Shown piece by piece: positions 31,777-41,217 of a stretch of DNA of 64,000 bases. Both the position numbers and the translations under genes were made by a program. The stretch's first letter is position 1, and each line of letters starts with the position of its first letter. Source of the DNA: an uncultured Zetaproteobacteria bacterium (GTDB lineage Bacteria > Pseudomonadota > Zetaproteobacteria > Mariprofundales > Mariprofundaceae); the NCBI GenBank assembly GCA_964422615.1, contig CAYRBJ010000001.1, positions 1,025-65,024 on the forward strand, given 5' to 3'. The notes under the pieces were generated by a model, which was given only the letters and a program-made list of their open reading frames with translations, did no database searches and was not told the DNA's origin.

Positions 31777-33669
31777 ATGAGCAAGCAAGGGTTTCACGTG
31801 AAACATCCCGATGGTGCGGTGGATGTGCTTGTGATCGGCGCCGGGCACGCCGGCTGCGAGGCCGCTTTGGCGGCGGCGCGGCGCGGCGCACGCGTTCGCC
31901 TCATTACCCAAAGCCTGGATACCATCGCCAAGATGTCCTGCAATCCGGCGATTGGCGGGGTGGGCAAGGGGCACCTGGTGCGCGAGACGGATGTGCTCGG
32001 CGGTGCCATGGGCGATGCCGCGGACCGTGCCGCCCTCCAGTATCGCATCCTGAACAAAAGGAAGGGCCCGGCCGTTCGGGCCACCCGCGTACAGTGCGAT
32101 CGGCGCCTCTATCACATCGCCATGAGGCAAATGCTGGATGCACAGCCCCGTATTGCCCTGCATCAGGGCACCGTGCGGGAACTGCTGTTTGACGGGGATC
32201 GGGTCGTCGGGGCTGTCGATGAACTGGGCATCGGGCACACCGCCCTGGCGGTGGTACTGACGACGGGGACCTTTCTTGGTGGCTTGGTGCATGTGGGCGA
32301 AAGGCAGTGGCCGGCAGGGCGGGCCGGCGATGCGGCCGTGCACGGCCTGACCGATGAGCTGTATCGACGGGAGTTGCGCCTGGGTCGTCTGAAAACGGGC
32401 ACGCCTCCCCGGCTGGATCGACGGAGTATTCGCTGGGATGCGCTGGAGACGCAACCGGGTGATGCGGACGCCCTGCCGTTCAGCGGTCTCAGGGATAGGG
32501 TGCCTGGGGATCAGGTGCCGTGTGCCATCACACGCACCTGCGAACGCACGCACGACATCATTCGCCAGAACCTGCATCGGGCACCCATGTATTCCGGCGC
32601 CATCAAGGGGGTGGGTCCGCGCTATTGCCCCAGCATCGAAGACAAGGTCGTGCGCTTTGCTGACAAGGGCAGTCACCAGATCTTCCTAGAGCCGGAGGGT
32701 CGCGATCATGCGGAAATCTATCCCAACGGCATCTCCACCTCGCTGCCGATCGATGTGCAGTGGGATCTGGTTCGCTCTATTCCCGGCCTGGAAGCGGCGA
32801 ATATTCTCAGGCCCGGCTATGCCATCGAATACGACTATGTGGATCCGACGGAATTGAAGGCCACCCTTGAATGCAAAAAAATTGCAGGCCTGTTTCATGC
32901 GGGCCAGATCAACGGCACGACCGGCTATGAGGAGGCGGCAGCGCAGGGCTTGATTGCGGGCCTGAATGCGGCGGCGCAGACCATGGGTCTGGAGGCCTGG
33001 GTGCCGGAGCGGCGCGAGGCCTATATCGGTGTGATGATCGATGATCTGGTGATGCGCGGCGTCACCGAACCCTACCGGATGTTCACGGCGCGGGCGGAGT
33101 TTCGTTTGCAGCTGCGCGAGGACAATGCCGAGGATCGTTTGGGGCCTGTGGCTATGCGCCTGGGCCTGCTTTCCGCCGAGCGTCAGCAGGCATTGGATGC
33201 ACGCCGCACGCGCATGGAGACGGCCGGCCACGAGATGCGCACCATGGTGGTGGGCACCGGGCGGGCCTGGTCGTCGCGACTGGCGGCGGCGGGGTTGCCG
33301 GTTCCCGCCCAGGGCCAGCCCTTCGCCTCCTACGCGCATCGTCAGGATGTTTCCTTGGAGCGTGCGATTGATTTGCTTTCATCGGCACAGCAGATGAATT
33401 CGCGGGATATGGCCAGTCTCAAGGCCATGATCCATTACGATGGCTATCTCGATAAACAGGAAATCGAGGTTCGCCGTTTCCAGCAGCTGGAAAACGAACG
33501 CATTCCGGACAGCTTTGATTATGCGCATGTGCATGGCCTGAGCCATGAATGCAGGCAGCGGCTGAGCCATGCCCGACCCCGCAATCTCGGGCAAGCGGCG
33601 CGGCTTTCCGGCGTCACGCCCGCAGCCCTGACCAGCCTGCTGCTGCATCTGCAACAGATACGGGACTGA
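31777..33669 (+). CDS. mnmG: tRNA uridine 5-carboxymethylaminomethyl modification enzyme MnmG (GidA)
   Basis: FAD motif [14 protein letters not shown], 630 aa. An in-frame alternative GTG lies at 31798, inside the parS site. Confidence 0.96.
   Translation: MSKQGFHVKHPDGAVDVLVIGAGHAGCEAALAAARRGARVRLITQSLDTIAKMSCNPAIGGVGKGHLVRETDVLGGAMGDAADRAALQYRILNKRKGPAVRATRVQCDRRLYHIAMRQMLDAQPRIALHQGTVRELLFDGDRVVGAVDELGIGHTALAVVLTTGTFLGGLVHVGERQWPAGRAGDAAVHGLTDELYRRELRLGRLKTGTPPRLDRRSIRWDALETQPGDADALPFSGLRDRVPGDQVPCAITRTCERTHDIIRQNLHRAPMYSGAIKGVGPRYCPSIEDKVVRFADKGSHQIFLEPEGRDHAEIYPNGISTSLPIDVQWDLVRSIPGLEAANILRPGYAIEYDYVDPTELKATLECKKIAGLFHAGQINGTTGYEEAAAQGLIAGLNAAAQTMGLEAWVPERREAYIGVMIDDLVMRGVTEPYRMFTARAEFRLQLREDNAEDRLGPVAMRLGLLSAERQQALDARRTRMETAGHEMRTMVVGTGRAWSSRLAAAGLPVPAQGQPFASYAHRQDVSLERAIDLLSSAQQMNSRDMASLKAMIHYDGYLDKQEIEVRRFQQLENERIPDSFDYAHVHGLSHECRQRLSHARPRNLGQAARLSGVTPAALTSLLLHLQQIRD
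31790..31805. promoter_or_regulatory. parS: parS centromere-like site 1
   Basis: GGTTTCACGTGAAACA matches 15/16 of the consensus TGTTTCACGTGAAACA and is a perfect 14-bp palindrome. Confidence 0.85.
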
Positions 33670-33671
33670 CC

Positions 33672-34241
33672 GTGGACGCGCATACGCATGAAGCGTGCGA
33701 TACCTACGTTCACGAAGCATTGCGTTTCTCGAGGGCGCTCAGTTTGACATCCATCAGGAATGCCCCTGATTTCCACCGGAATTTTGTGGTGCCATCATTG
33801 GCGCTATGTCCATGGATGCCGGCGCAAGGCAGGCTGCTGGATATCGGCAGCGGCATGGGTATTCCCGGTGTTCCGATACTGATCGCCTGCGCCGGTTTGC
33901 ACGGTATCCTGGTCGAACGGCGCCGGAAGCGTGCCGAATTCTTGCGGCATGTTGTGCGCCTGTTGAAACTGGATGCGGAGGTGTACGATCGGGACGTGCG
34001 GGATCTGGAAGGATTACATGTCGACGTATGTGTGGCGCGGGCCGTTTCGCGTCCCGACGCGTTGCTGGACTTGTGTGTGCCGCATGCCAATGTCGGGGCG
34101 CGGGCCGTGTTTCCGGTTGCGGATGATTGCGAGGTGGTATCCGTACCAGGCTGGCAGCTGGAGAAAGAGCAGATGTTGAATGAGGGCGTAGCGCAGAAGG
34201 TTCAGATCTACCGTTACGCGGAGGTTTCACGTGAAACATGA
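33672..34241 (+). CDS. rsmG: 16S rRNA (guanine527-N7)-methyltransferase RsmG (GidB)
   Basis: SAM motif LLDIGSGMGIPGVP, position after mnmG. The GTG start lies just past the mnmG stop, but the exact start is uncertain. Confidence 0.88.
   Translation: MDAHTHEACDTYVHEALRFSRALSLTSIRNAPDFHRNFVVPSLALCPWMPAQGRLLDIGSGMGIPGVPILIACAGLHGILVERRRKRAEFLRHVVRLLKLDAEVYDRDVRDLEGLHVDVCVARAVSRPDALLDLCVPHANVGARAVFPVADDCEVVSVPGWQLEKEQMLNEGVAQKVQIYRYAEVSRET
34223..34238. promoter_or_regulatory. parS: parS centromere-like site 2, overlapping the parA start codon
   Basis: An identical GGTTTCACGTGAAACA 16-mer. Its central GTG (34231-34233) is the parA start codon. Confidence 0.85.
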
Positions 34242-35034
34242 GCACCTGGGACCTGTCATCGCAATCGCCAACCAAAAGGGAGGCGTAGGCAAGACGACAA
34301 CGAGCATCAACCTTGCCGCCTCCCTGGCCGCGCTTGAAAAGCGCGTGTTGCTGCTGGACATGGATCCGCAGGGGAACACCACGTCTGGGCTCGGCCTTGA
34401 CAAGGGTCAGGTGCAAACCGGCATGTATGACATATTGATGGGCGAGTCCTCATTAAACAGTGGCATCCGTCAGACCCAATGTGAGGGCTTGTGGCTGCTC
34501 CCGGCCAATATGGATCTGGCTGGCGCCGAGATCGAACTGGTGGGTGTCGAGCAGCGGGAGCAATCCCTGCGCCGGGCGATGGATGCGTATGATTCGGAGA
34601 CTTTTGATTATGTGCTGATCGACTGCCCACCGGCATTGAACCTGCTGACACTCAACGCCTTGACAGCGGCGGACCGTGTGCTGATCACCCTGCAGACAGA
34701 GTTTTATGCCATGGAGGGATTGACGCAGCTGATCGACACGATCCGCCGGGTGCGCAACAGCCTGAATCCGGACCTGGTGATGGGCGGTATCCTGCTGACC
34801 ATGGTGGATCGCCGGAACAACCTGTCGATACAGGTGGAGGAAGAGGTGCGCGGTTATTTCGGGGCGCAGGTTTATGATCAGGTGATCCCGAGAAATGTGC
34901 GCCTGTCCGAGGCGCCGAGTTTTGGCGTACCGGTGTTGTACCACGATATACGCTCGACGGGGGCGCAGGCCTATCTGGCAGCGGCAAGGGAGCTGATGCA
35001 GCGCGAAGCGGCGGAGACGGGAGGGCGGCCATGA
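34231..35034 (+). CDS. parA: Chromosome partitioning ATPase ParA (Soj)
   Basis: Deviant Walker A IAIANQKGGVGKTTT. GTG start. Confidence 0.95.
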   Translation: MKHEHLGPVIAIANQKGGVGKTTTSINLAASLAALEKRVLLLDMDPQGNTTSGLGLDKGQVQTGMYDILMGESSLNSGIRQTQCEGLWLLPANMDLAGAEIELVGVEQREQSLRRAMDAYDSETFDYVLIDCPPALNLLTLNALTAADRVLITLQTEFYAMEGLTQLIDTIRRVRNSLNPDLVMGGILLTMVDRRNNLSIQVEEEVRGYFGAQVYDQVIPRNVRLSEAPSFGVPVLYHDIRSTGAQAYLAAARELMQREAAETGGRP

Positions 35035-35888
35035 AGCCACCGATGAAGAGACGCCTGGGGCGGGGACTGGACGCCCTGCTCAGTGACAAGCCGGCGGATG
35101 CCGCCTTGCTGTCGCAGGCACGGCAGATCCCGATATCCCAGATTCGTCCGAACCGGTATCAGCCTCGGCAGAATTTTGACGCGGAGGTGTTGGCGACGCT
35201 CACGGAATCCGTGCGCCGGGACGGGGTGTTGATGCCGATCCTCGTCCGGCCCCTGGACGATGGATATGAGCTGATCGCCGGTGAGCGGCGGTGGCGAGCA
35301 TCCCAGGCCGCCGGCCTGTTGGAGATTCCCACCATTGTGCGCGACGTCGACGACCTGCAGGCGCTGGAGCTGGCCATCGTCGAGAATGAGCAGCGGGACA
35401 ACCTGACGGCGATCGAGTCGGCACGCGCCTACCAGCGCATGATGGATGAATTCGGTTGTACCCAGCAACAGGTTGCCGAACGCATCGGCGTGTCCCGCGC
35501 CCAGGTGACCAACATCACCCGCCTGCTGCAGTTATCGGAAAAAATACAGAAATATATTGAAAAACGGGAGCTTACCATGGGTCAGGCGCGGCCGCTGGTT
35601 GGTCTTCCCGCGTCTGTTGCCGAGCGCCTGGCTTCCGAATGCGTGGCCAAGGGATGGAGTGCCCGGCAGATGGAGCGCTCGGCGCAACACTCTGCTAAGG
35701 AGCACGGCGGCAGCAAGGCGAAAGCGGCAGCGGTGGATGTTGATGTCGCTGCCCTGCAGGAGGAACTGACGCGCAGGCTCGGGCAACCGGTGTCGCTGAT
35801 CTGCCGGCGCAACGGTTCGGGTGAGCTACGCATCGCCTATACGCGTCCCGAGGAACTGGATGGGGTGTTGAAGCGCCTCAGGCGCTGA
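35031..35888 (+). CDS. parB: Chromosome partitioning protein ParB (Spo0J)
   Basis: ParB box LIAGERRWRA, RPNRYQPRQ, and an HTH region. It overlaps the parA stop. Confidence 0.95.
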   Translation: MKPPMKRRLGRGLDALLSDKPADAALLSQARQIPISQIRPNRYQPRQNFDAEVLATLTESVRRDGVLMPILVRPLDDGYELIAGERRWRASQAAGLLEIPTIVRDVDDLQALELAIVENEQRDNLTAIESARAYQRMMDEFGCTQQQVAERIGVSRAQVTNITRLLQLSEKIQKYIEKRELTMGQARPLVGLPASVAERLASECVAKGWSARQMERSAQHSAKEHGGSKAKAAAVDVDVAALQEELTRRLGQPVSLICRRNGSGELRIAYTRPEELDGVLKRLRR

Positions 35889-35890
35889 CC

Positions 35891-36907
35891 ATGCGGGTCG
35901 GAGGGCGGCCCTATCGGGCGGTTTGGTGGAATGCCAGGGACGCTACGGTCGAATGGATCGAGCAACGGCTGTTGCCGCATCGATTTACGGTTGTTGCCAG
36001 CGGCGATCCCGAGGATGTAGCGGTGGCAATCGAAACCATGCAGGTGCGGGGGGCACCGAGCATTGGTGCGGCTGCAGCCTTCACCCTGGCCCTGGCTTGG
36101 CTCAAGGATGCTTCCCGCTTCCATACCCACTGGCTGCCGCGTCTGCGCGGCACGCGTCCGACGGCCATCAACCTGTTCCATGCCTGCGATGCCATGGCCC
36201 GATGCAGCGAATCCGCAACATCCCCGAACCAGATGCTGGAATGTGCCCAGGCCTATGCGGATGCAGAGGTGCAGCGCAACCAGGCAATGGGGGAGTATCT
36301 GGCGGTCAAACTTGCCAGGGGCCGGCGTCGTATCCTGACCCATTGCAATGCCGGCTGGCTGGCGGCCGTGGATTGGGGGACCGCCACCTCCGGCATCTAC
36401 CAGTTGGCGCGGTCGGGCGAAAGTCCGTTCGTCTGGGTCGACGAGACCAGACCTAGGTTGCAGGGCGCCCGTCTGACGGCATGGGAGCTCGCCCAGGAAG
36501 GCATTCCCTGCCGCATTCAGGCCGATGCCGCTGCCGCCTGGATGATGGCCAGCGGCGAGGTCGATGCCGTTGTTGTCGGCGCCGACCGCATTGCCCGCAA
36601 CGGCGATGTGGCGAACAAGATCGGTACCTATGCCTTGTCGCTGGCGGCCCGTGAACACGGTGTGCCGATGTTCGTTGCTGCGCCGAGCAGCACCTTCGAT
36701 GCGCATTGCCCGGATGGATCTGCCATCCCGATCGAGAGACGGGACGATGATGAGCTGCTCACCATGGACGGGATCGATACATCCGGGAATGCGCACCGGA
36801 TCTCCATCGCCGCCCCCGGTGTCGCGGCCAACAACCCGGCTTTTGATGTGACGCCGTTTCGCAACATCTCGGCCATCGTCACGGAGAACGGCATCTGGAA
36901 GCCATGA
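35891..36907 (+). CDS. mtnA: S-methyl-5-thioribose-1-phosphate isomerase
   Basis: MQVRGAPSIGAAAAF and VGADRIARNGDVANKIGTY motifs (eIF-2B alpha/beta/delta family). Confidence 0.9.
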   Translation: MRVGGRPYRAVWWNARDATVEWIEQRLLPHRFTVVASGDPEDVAVAIETMQVRGAPSIGAAAAFTLALAWLKDASRFHTHWLPRLRGTRPTAINLFHACDAMARCSESATSPNQMLECAQAYADAEVQRNQAMGEYLAVKLARGRRRILTHCNAGWLAAVDWGTATSGIYQLARSGESPFVWVDETRPRLQGARLTAWELAQEGIPCRIQADAAAAWMMASGEVDAVVVGADRIARNGDVANKIGTYALSLAAREHGVPMFVAAPSSTFDAHCPDGSAIPIERRDDDELLTMDGIDTSGNAHRISIAAPGVAANNPAFDVTPFRNISAIVTENGIWKP

Positions 36908-36927
36908 TGAAGCGCGTTCCGACGGGC

Positions 36928-36956
36928 CTGCACATCGATGCGATGTGCGCTATGAT
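36928..36956 (+). promoter_or_regulatory. Possible rnpB promoter
   Basis: -10 TATGAT (36951-36956) lies 6-7 nt before the predicted RNA 5' end. The -35 is weak (CTGCAC). Confidence 0.35.
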
Positions 36957-36962
36957 GCGTCC

Positions 36963-37320
36963 GCGGAGCGGTCCGGATGGTCGCGGCAGAGGTATCTGTC
37001 GAGGAAAGTCCGGGCTGCACAGGACAAGGTGCCGGATAACATCCGGCGGGGGCGACCCCGGGAAAGTGCCACAGAGAACAAACCGCCAGGCTGCGGCCTG
37101 GTAAGGGTGAAACGGTGCGGTAAGAGCGCCCCGCCCCGCCCGGCAACGGACGGGGGCACGGTAAACCCCACCTGCAGCAAGGCCACATAGGGAGGCGTCA
37201 AGCGCGGTCCGCGCGTGTCTCCGGGTAGGCCGCTAGAGCCGGTCAGCAATGGCTGGCCCAGAGGAATGACCATCGCTTCGAAAGAAGGACAGAACCCGGC
37301 TTACAGGGCCGCTCCGCATC
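36963..37320 (+). ncRNA. rnpB: RNase P RNA, bacterial type A (M1 RNA)
   Basis: Universal GAGGAAAGTCCGGGCT (P4 5' strand), GGTAAGGGTGAAACGGTGCGGTAAGAGCGC, and ACAGAACCCGGCTTA (P4 3' strand). P1 pairing is GCGGAGCGG-CC / GG-CCGCTCCGC. Confidence 0.93.
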
Positions 37321-37382
37321 GATTATCGCTGGGATGCTGGCACATCAGGGGCTAGCATCGTCGGGCCGCAAGGAGGATGCCG

Positions 37383-37856
37383 ATGAGCCTGAGCTTTAGC
37401 GATGCCGCCAAGGCCAAGCAGTTGCGAGAATTCTTCGCCCGCCACGGCCGCATCTATATTGTGGTTGATGCTACGGGCGATGAGGTGGATATCCCGGCGT
37501 ATCTGAAGGGCGATCCGGCGCTGCGCCTGGTGCTGAATGTGCGTATGCCGCAACCGATCCATATCCGCGATGACATGATCGATTCCGAATTCTCATTCTC
37601 AGGTCAAATCTACAGATGCCGTATCCCGATGTGCATGGTCTGGGCGACCTATCTGCCGGGTGGTGAGATGGAGCAGGGCATTATCTGGGAACAGGATATG
37701 CCGGAGATGATTCGTTCGGTGGTGCAGGCGGTGCGTGGCTTGCAGAACGATCAGGTTGGCGAGGAAGAGCGGGAGGATGCCACCGAAGAGGGCGAGCCGG
37801 CGGCAGCCGCCAAGGAAGAAGGGCGCCAGGTACGCCACCTGCGAGTGGTCAAATGA
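37383..37856 (+). CDS. sspB: ClpXP adaptor stringent starvation protein B
   Basis: The core aligns with E. coli SspB (IYIVVDATGDEVDIPAYL...LVLNV...FSFSGQIYRCRIPMCMVWATY), followed by an acidic linker and the ClpX-binding tail LRVVK-stop. AGGAGG lies 6 nt before ATG 37383. Confidence 0.88.
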   Translation: MSLSFSDAAKAKQLREFFARHGRIYIVVDATGDEVDIPAYLKGDPALRLVLNVRMPQPIHIRDDMIDSEFSFSGQIYRCRIPMCMVWATYLPGGEMEQGIIWEQDMPEMIRSVVQAVRGLQNDQVGEEEREDATEEGEPAAAAKEEGRQVRHLRVVK

Positions 37857-38833
37857 TGCGCCTTCTGCCTCGGAATGTTGGTTTGATCGTGCTTCTGATA
37901 TGCATGGCTCCGGCATTTGCCCTGGGGGCGACGGATGACAGGATGGTGGTCGAATTGCATGTGTCCGACGTGCCTCCCGAGCAGGCCCAGAACCTGCTGA
38001 CCGACATCCCCGGCATGGCCAAACTGGCGATCCCCCGCGTCTGGGACCGCCTGGTGCCACAGTCGCGCCGGGCCGATGTGAACGATAAGGATGCCATGTC
38101 CTTGCTGCAGCGGGCCGTGCCGACCGGTGATGGCGGGTTGAAGCTGGTGTTCAGTTCGGCACGGGTGGCCCAGTACCTGCAGTCCCTGGGCATCACCTAC
38201 CCGCAGCAAGCGCCGCACTTCCATCTCGAGATTCACCTGATCAATCCCTCCGGGGTATCCATGCCGGAGTCCGAAGCCTTGCTGATGAACTACGCCCAGC
38301 AGAACGCTGCGCAGTGGGGCTACGTACTCGATGCCAATGGCGATCCCCTGGAACTGGATTGGCGCTGGCTGGATGACCGGCAGGTATCGCTGACCGTGCA
38401 TGGAAATTCGCATGTGCCGGATACGCAGGAGATCCGCTTCCTGGCTGCCGGGGATCCCATGCCCCAGATCCAGGCGTGGCTGGATGAGGTGTTACTCCAG
38501 GCAAGGGATGCCTATGCCGAGCATGCTGCTGTGTCGGCAACCGCCCAGACGGCTTCACCTCCGGCCGAATCGGCGGTACCCGCAACGGTGGTGGCACCGC
38601 TGACGCTGGTTTTGACGGTCGCGCAGCAGGCCAGCCTGGCCGACCAGATACTGTTGGAACAGTCGCTGGCGAAGGATCCGCATGTCGAATCCCTGCAATT
38701 GAGCCGGGTGGGTGCAAACAGCCGCCAGTACCTGCTGCGCTTGCGTCAACCGGGCCAAGACTGGTTGTCCGACTGGTTTGCCAGCCGTGGCATGAAGGCC
38801 ACGCAGACGGCCGAGGGCTGGCTTGCGCAATAA
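37853..38833 (+). CDS. Secreted DUF2066-like protein
   Basis: Signal peptide LIVLLICMAPAFALG. The assignment rests mainly on the conserved neighbourhood (followed by a CDP-alcohol transferase and hda). It overlaps the sspB stop. Confidence 0.7.
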   Translation: MMRLLPRNVGLIVLLICMAPAFALGATDDRMVVELHVSDVPPEQAQNLLTDIPGMAKLAIPRVWDRLVPQSRRADVNDKDAMSLLQRAVPTGDGGLKLVFSSARVAQYLQSLGITYPQQAPHFHLEIHLINPSGVSMPESEALLMNYAQQNAAQWGYVLDANGDPLELDWRWLDDRQVSLTVHGNSHVPDTQEIRFLAAGDPMPQIQAWLDEVLLQARDAYAEHAAVSATAQTASPPAESAVPATVVAPLTLVLTVAQQASLADQILLEQSLAKDPHVESLQLSRVGANSRQYLLRLRQPGQDWLSDWFASRGMKATQTAEGWLAQ

Positions 38834-39398
38834 GACCTTGCTCAAAGGCAACATTCTGAGCGTACCCAATGCCCTGAGTCTGCTGCGCATCATCCTGACG
38901 CCATTGATCGCCTACGCCATCATCGACAACCATCAGGCCCTGGCGCTGGGCATGATGGTGCTGGCTGGGCTTACCGACATGCTGGATGGTGCGATTGCCC
39001 GTTATTTCGATCAGCGCACCGTAGTCGGCGCCTATCTGGATCCGCTGGCCGACAAGCTGATGCTGATCAGCGCCATCGTGGCGCTGTTCGTCAACGGCAA
39101 GGTGCCCCTGTTCCTGTTTCTGGCGGTGATCTTCCGGGATGTCATCATCGTGATCGGAGCCATCCTCTATGAAGTGGTCACGCATAAGCTGGAAATGCAG
39201 CCGACGTTTACCTCGAAGGCGACGACCTTTTTCCAGATTGTGCTTGTGATCGTGGTGCTGCTCGTTCCCCTGGTATCCTTGCCCGGCTGGCTGGAGCCCG
39301 CCATCATCTGGCTCACCTTCGGCATCACGTGCGTTTCGGGCGTGCAATACATGCTGTTGTGGACGATCAAGGCCGTACGGGCTGTCGAAAAGAGCTGA
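38823..39398 (+). CDS. CDP-alcohol phosphatidyltransferase family protein (PgsA-like)
   Basis: Motif DMLDGAIARYFDQRTVVGAYLDPLADK (D-G-x2-A-R-x8-G-x3-D-x3-D). The start is uncertain (TTG 38823 or TTG 38838). Confidence 0.88.
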   Translation: MRNKTLLKGNILSVPNALSLLRIILTPLIAYAIIDNHQALALGMMVLAGLTDMLDGAIARYFDQRTVVGAYLDPLADKLMLISAIVALFVNGKVPLFLFLAVIFRDVIIVIGAILYEVVTHKLEMQPTFTSKATTFFQIVLVIVVLLVPLVSLPGWLEPAIIWLTFGITCVSGVQYMLLWTIKAVRAVEKS

Positions 39399-39407
39399 TC
39401 CCCGCGC

Positions 39408-40124
39408 ATGCACCAGCAACGATTGAATTGGCTGCTTCCAAACCGGCTGCATGATGATGACTGGGTCCGGCATGCCGGCGTTGAGGATGCCTGCAACCGA
39501 CTGGCTTTGTGGCTGGTGCATGGGGGACGATTGTGGCTGACGTCCACGGAGGTGTCTGGAAAGTCCTACCTGCTGTCCCTGCTGGCGGCCACACATCCCC
39601 AACTCGGGCTGATTTCGGTACGAGCCGGTGATTCGGGACGCGACCTGCAACTGGTCCGCCAATGGCTGACCCAACTCGACAGCAAGGCCTTCTGGGCGGT
39701 CGATGTGCAGGCAGAGCCGCTGAACCGCGGCTGCGCCTTCGCGTTGTTTCACCTGCTGGAGCGGGCGCGGGACATGCGCCGGCCGATCGTATTTTCCTGG
39801 CGCAGTTCAGGGGCCATTCCCGCCGAGCTTGACAGCCGCTTGAAGGGCATGGAGCGGGTGGTGATGATGGCGCCCCGTCGGGATGAAGATCTGCGTCGTG
39901 TGATGCATGCGGTGGCGGCGAACCTGCAATGGGAAATCCCGGATGAGGTGCTGGATGTATTGCTGATACATTTACCCCGCCGGTTGGATGCGCTGCCGCA
40001 GATGCTGCGCAGCCTGGAGGCCGACTCCCTGCAGAACGGGAAACGGCTGACCCCGGCCTGGGTACGCAAGTGGCTGGAGCGCACGGAGGCTGATCCGAAG
40101 CACTACGAAGGGCCTGCTACGTAG
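39408..40124 (+). CDS. hda: DnaA regulatory inactivator Hda-like protein
   Basis: About 238 aa, DnaA domain III-like, with P-loop-like STEVSGKSYLL (the first Gly is replaced). Supported by neighbourhood conservation. Confidence 0.7.
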   Translation: MHQQRLNWLLPNRLHDDDWVRHAGVEDACNRLALWLVHGGRLWLTSTEVSGKSYLLSLLAATHPQLGLISVRAGDSGRDLQLVRQWLTQLDSKAFWAVDVQAEPLNRGCAFALFHLLERARDMRRPIVFSWRSSGAIPAELDSRLKGMERVVMMAPRRDEDLRRVMHAVAANLQWEIPDEVLDVLLIHLPRRLDALPQMLRSLEADSLQNGKRLTPAWVRKWLERTEADPKHYEGPAT

Positions 40125-40921
40125 GTGCGCACCCTTTTCAGCCAGCCGGGTAGCCAGCGCTTTTCATGCCTTGCGGGAGGAGAAAGGCGCACCCGCCTAT
40201 TCAGCACCCATGCCGCCGCATCGGCAAAGGCCGCCCGTGGCGGCCCTTGCCCGGCCATGCGATCCAGTACCTGCAGCAGGCCCCAGCCTTTGCCATGATA
40301 ACGTTCGGATGGGGAAGTCCCCTCGCCCTTGAAGTTGACATAATCGATCAGCGGATAATAACCACCCGGGGCCTTGGCCAGGCGCAGGAACTGCCGGCGG
40401 ATATATGAGCGTCGGAGTTTCGGAGCGGCCCGCAGGATACGCGGCAGCGCCCTTTTCATGCGCTCGGCCATGAAAGCGGCCTGTACGGATGTGGTTGACA
40501 GCAGGAAGCGGCGTAGTCCGGAGATCCGCGGATCGTGTTGTGCTGCGATCTCGAAGGCATGGCGATCCGACCAGGGGGCCGGCTGGCCGGGGCGCTTTGC
40601 CAGCCACGGCGGGAGAGACACACGGTGCGCGCGCATGAAGCGCAATAGGGCGGGAAAGCTTTCATCGAACGGTCCGTGATATCCGGCCGGATACCAGATG
40701 AAGTGGCCGATACCCAGTGACGGGAACTGCTCGCCGGCACTCCAGGTGACGAGATTCTCCGCCTTGCCGGCGCACTCATTCATGTAAATGCGTTCGGCGA
40801 TCGCGTGCCGTTCGGCTGCAGGCAACGGGGGTAACGGTCCTGGGCGGAAAAGCCAGATTCCCAGGCAAAGCATGCCCAGGGAAAGCCCAGCAGCGACAGC
40901 GGGGTGATTTATCCTTTCCAA
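40103..40921 (-). CDS. Hypothetical conserved-looking protein, 272 aa, with an N-terminal anchor
   Basis: AAGLSLGMLCLGIWLF anchor and FPSLGIGHFIWYPAGYHGPFDESFP. TTG start 40921, with an alternative ATG at 40873. No family recognised. Confidence 0.65.
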   Translation of the reverse strand: MERINHPAVAAGLSLGMLCLGIWLFRPGPLPPLPAAERHAIAERIYMNECAGKAENLVTWSAGEQFPSLGIGHFIWYPAGYHGPFDESFPALLRFMRAHRVSLPPWLAKRPGQPAPWSDRHAFEIAAQHDPRISGLRRFLLSTTSVQAAFMAERMKRALPRILRAAPKLRRSYIRRQFLRLAKAPGGYYPLIDYVNFKGEGTSPSERYHGKGWGLLQVLDRMAGQGPPRAAFADAAAWVLNRRVRLSPPARHEKRWLPGWLKRVRTYVAGPS

Positions 40922-41136
40922 AACCGAAGGGCGATCCCCGTGACGTTGATGGCGATCACTTCCAACAGCAGCGTCGTCACATCGATATGTTTGTAAATGG
41001 GAATGCCGTGACCGAAGGCAGAGACAATATCACCGAGGATGAATCCCCAATGCACCTGCCCCAGTACACGGTACGGCGGCAAGAGGATGACGGCAGCAGT
41101 GCCGACAATGCTGATCATCAGACCAAGGCGTTTCAT
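40909..41136 (-). CDS. Small membrane protein, 75 aa
   Basis: AGGAG lies 9 nt upstream of the ATG. It has two to three hydrophobic segments and overlaps the next gene by 13 nt. Confidence 0.6.
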   Translation of the reverse strand: MKRLGLMISIVGTAAVILLPPYRVLGQVHWGFILGDIVSAFGHGIPIYKHIDVTTLLLEVIAINVTGIALRFWKG

Positions 41137-41217
41137 CAGGATAAACTCCTGGTGTCAGGGTGACGGATAGCCGCAGATGGGATCGGTGATGACATAGCGA
41201 ACGGCCGGTTCACGGGT

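Noticed and set aside
38241-39752. 503-aa minus-strand ORF
   Set aside because: It is antisense to the DUF2066-like, CDP-alcohol transferase and hda genes. The product is Pro/Arg/Gly-rich with no motifs. The plus-strand genes carry recognisable motifs and show translational coupling.
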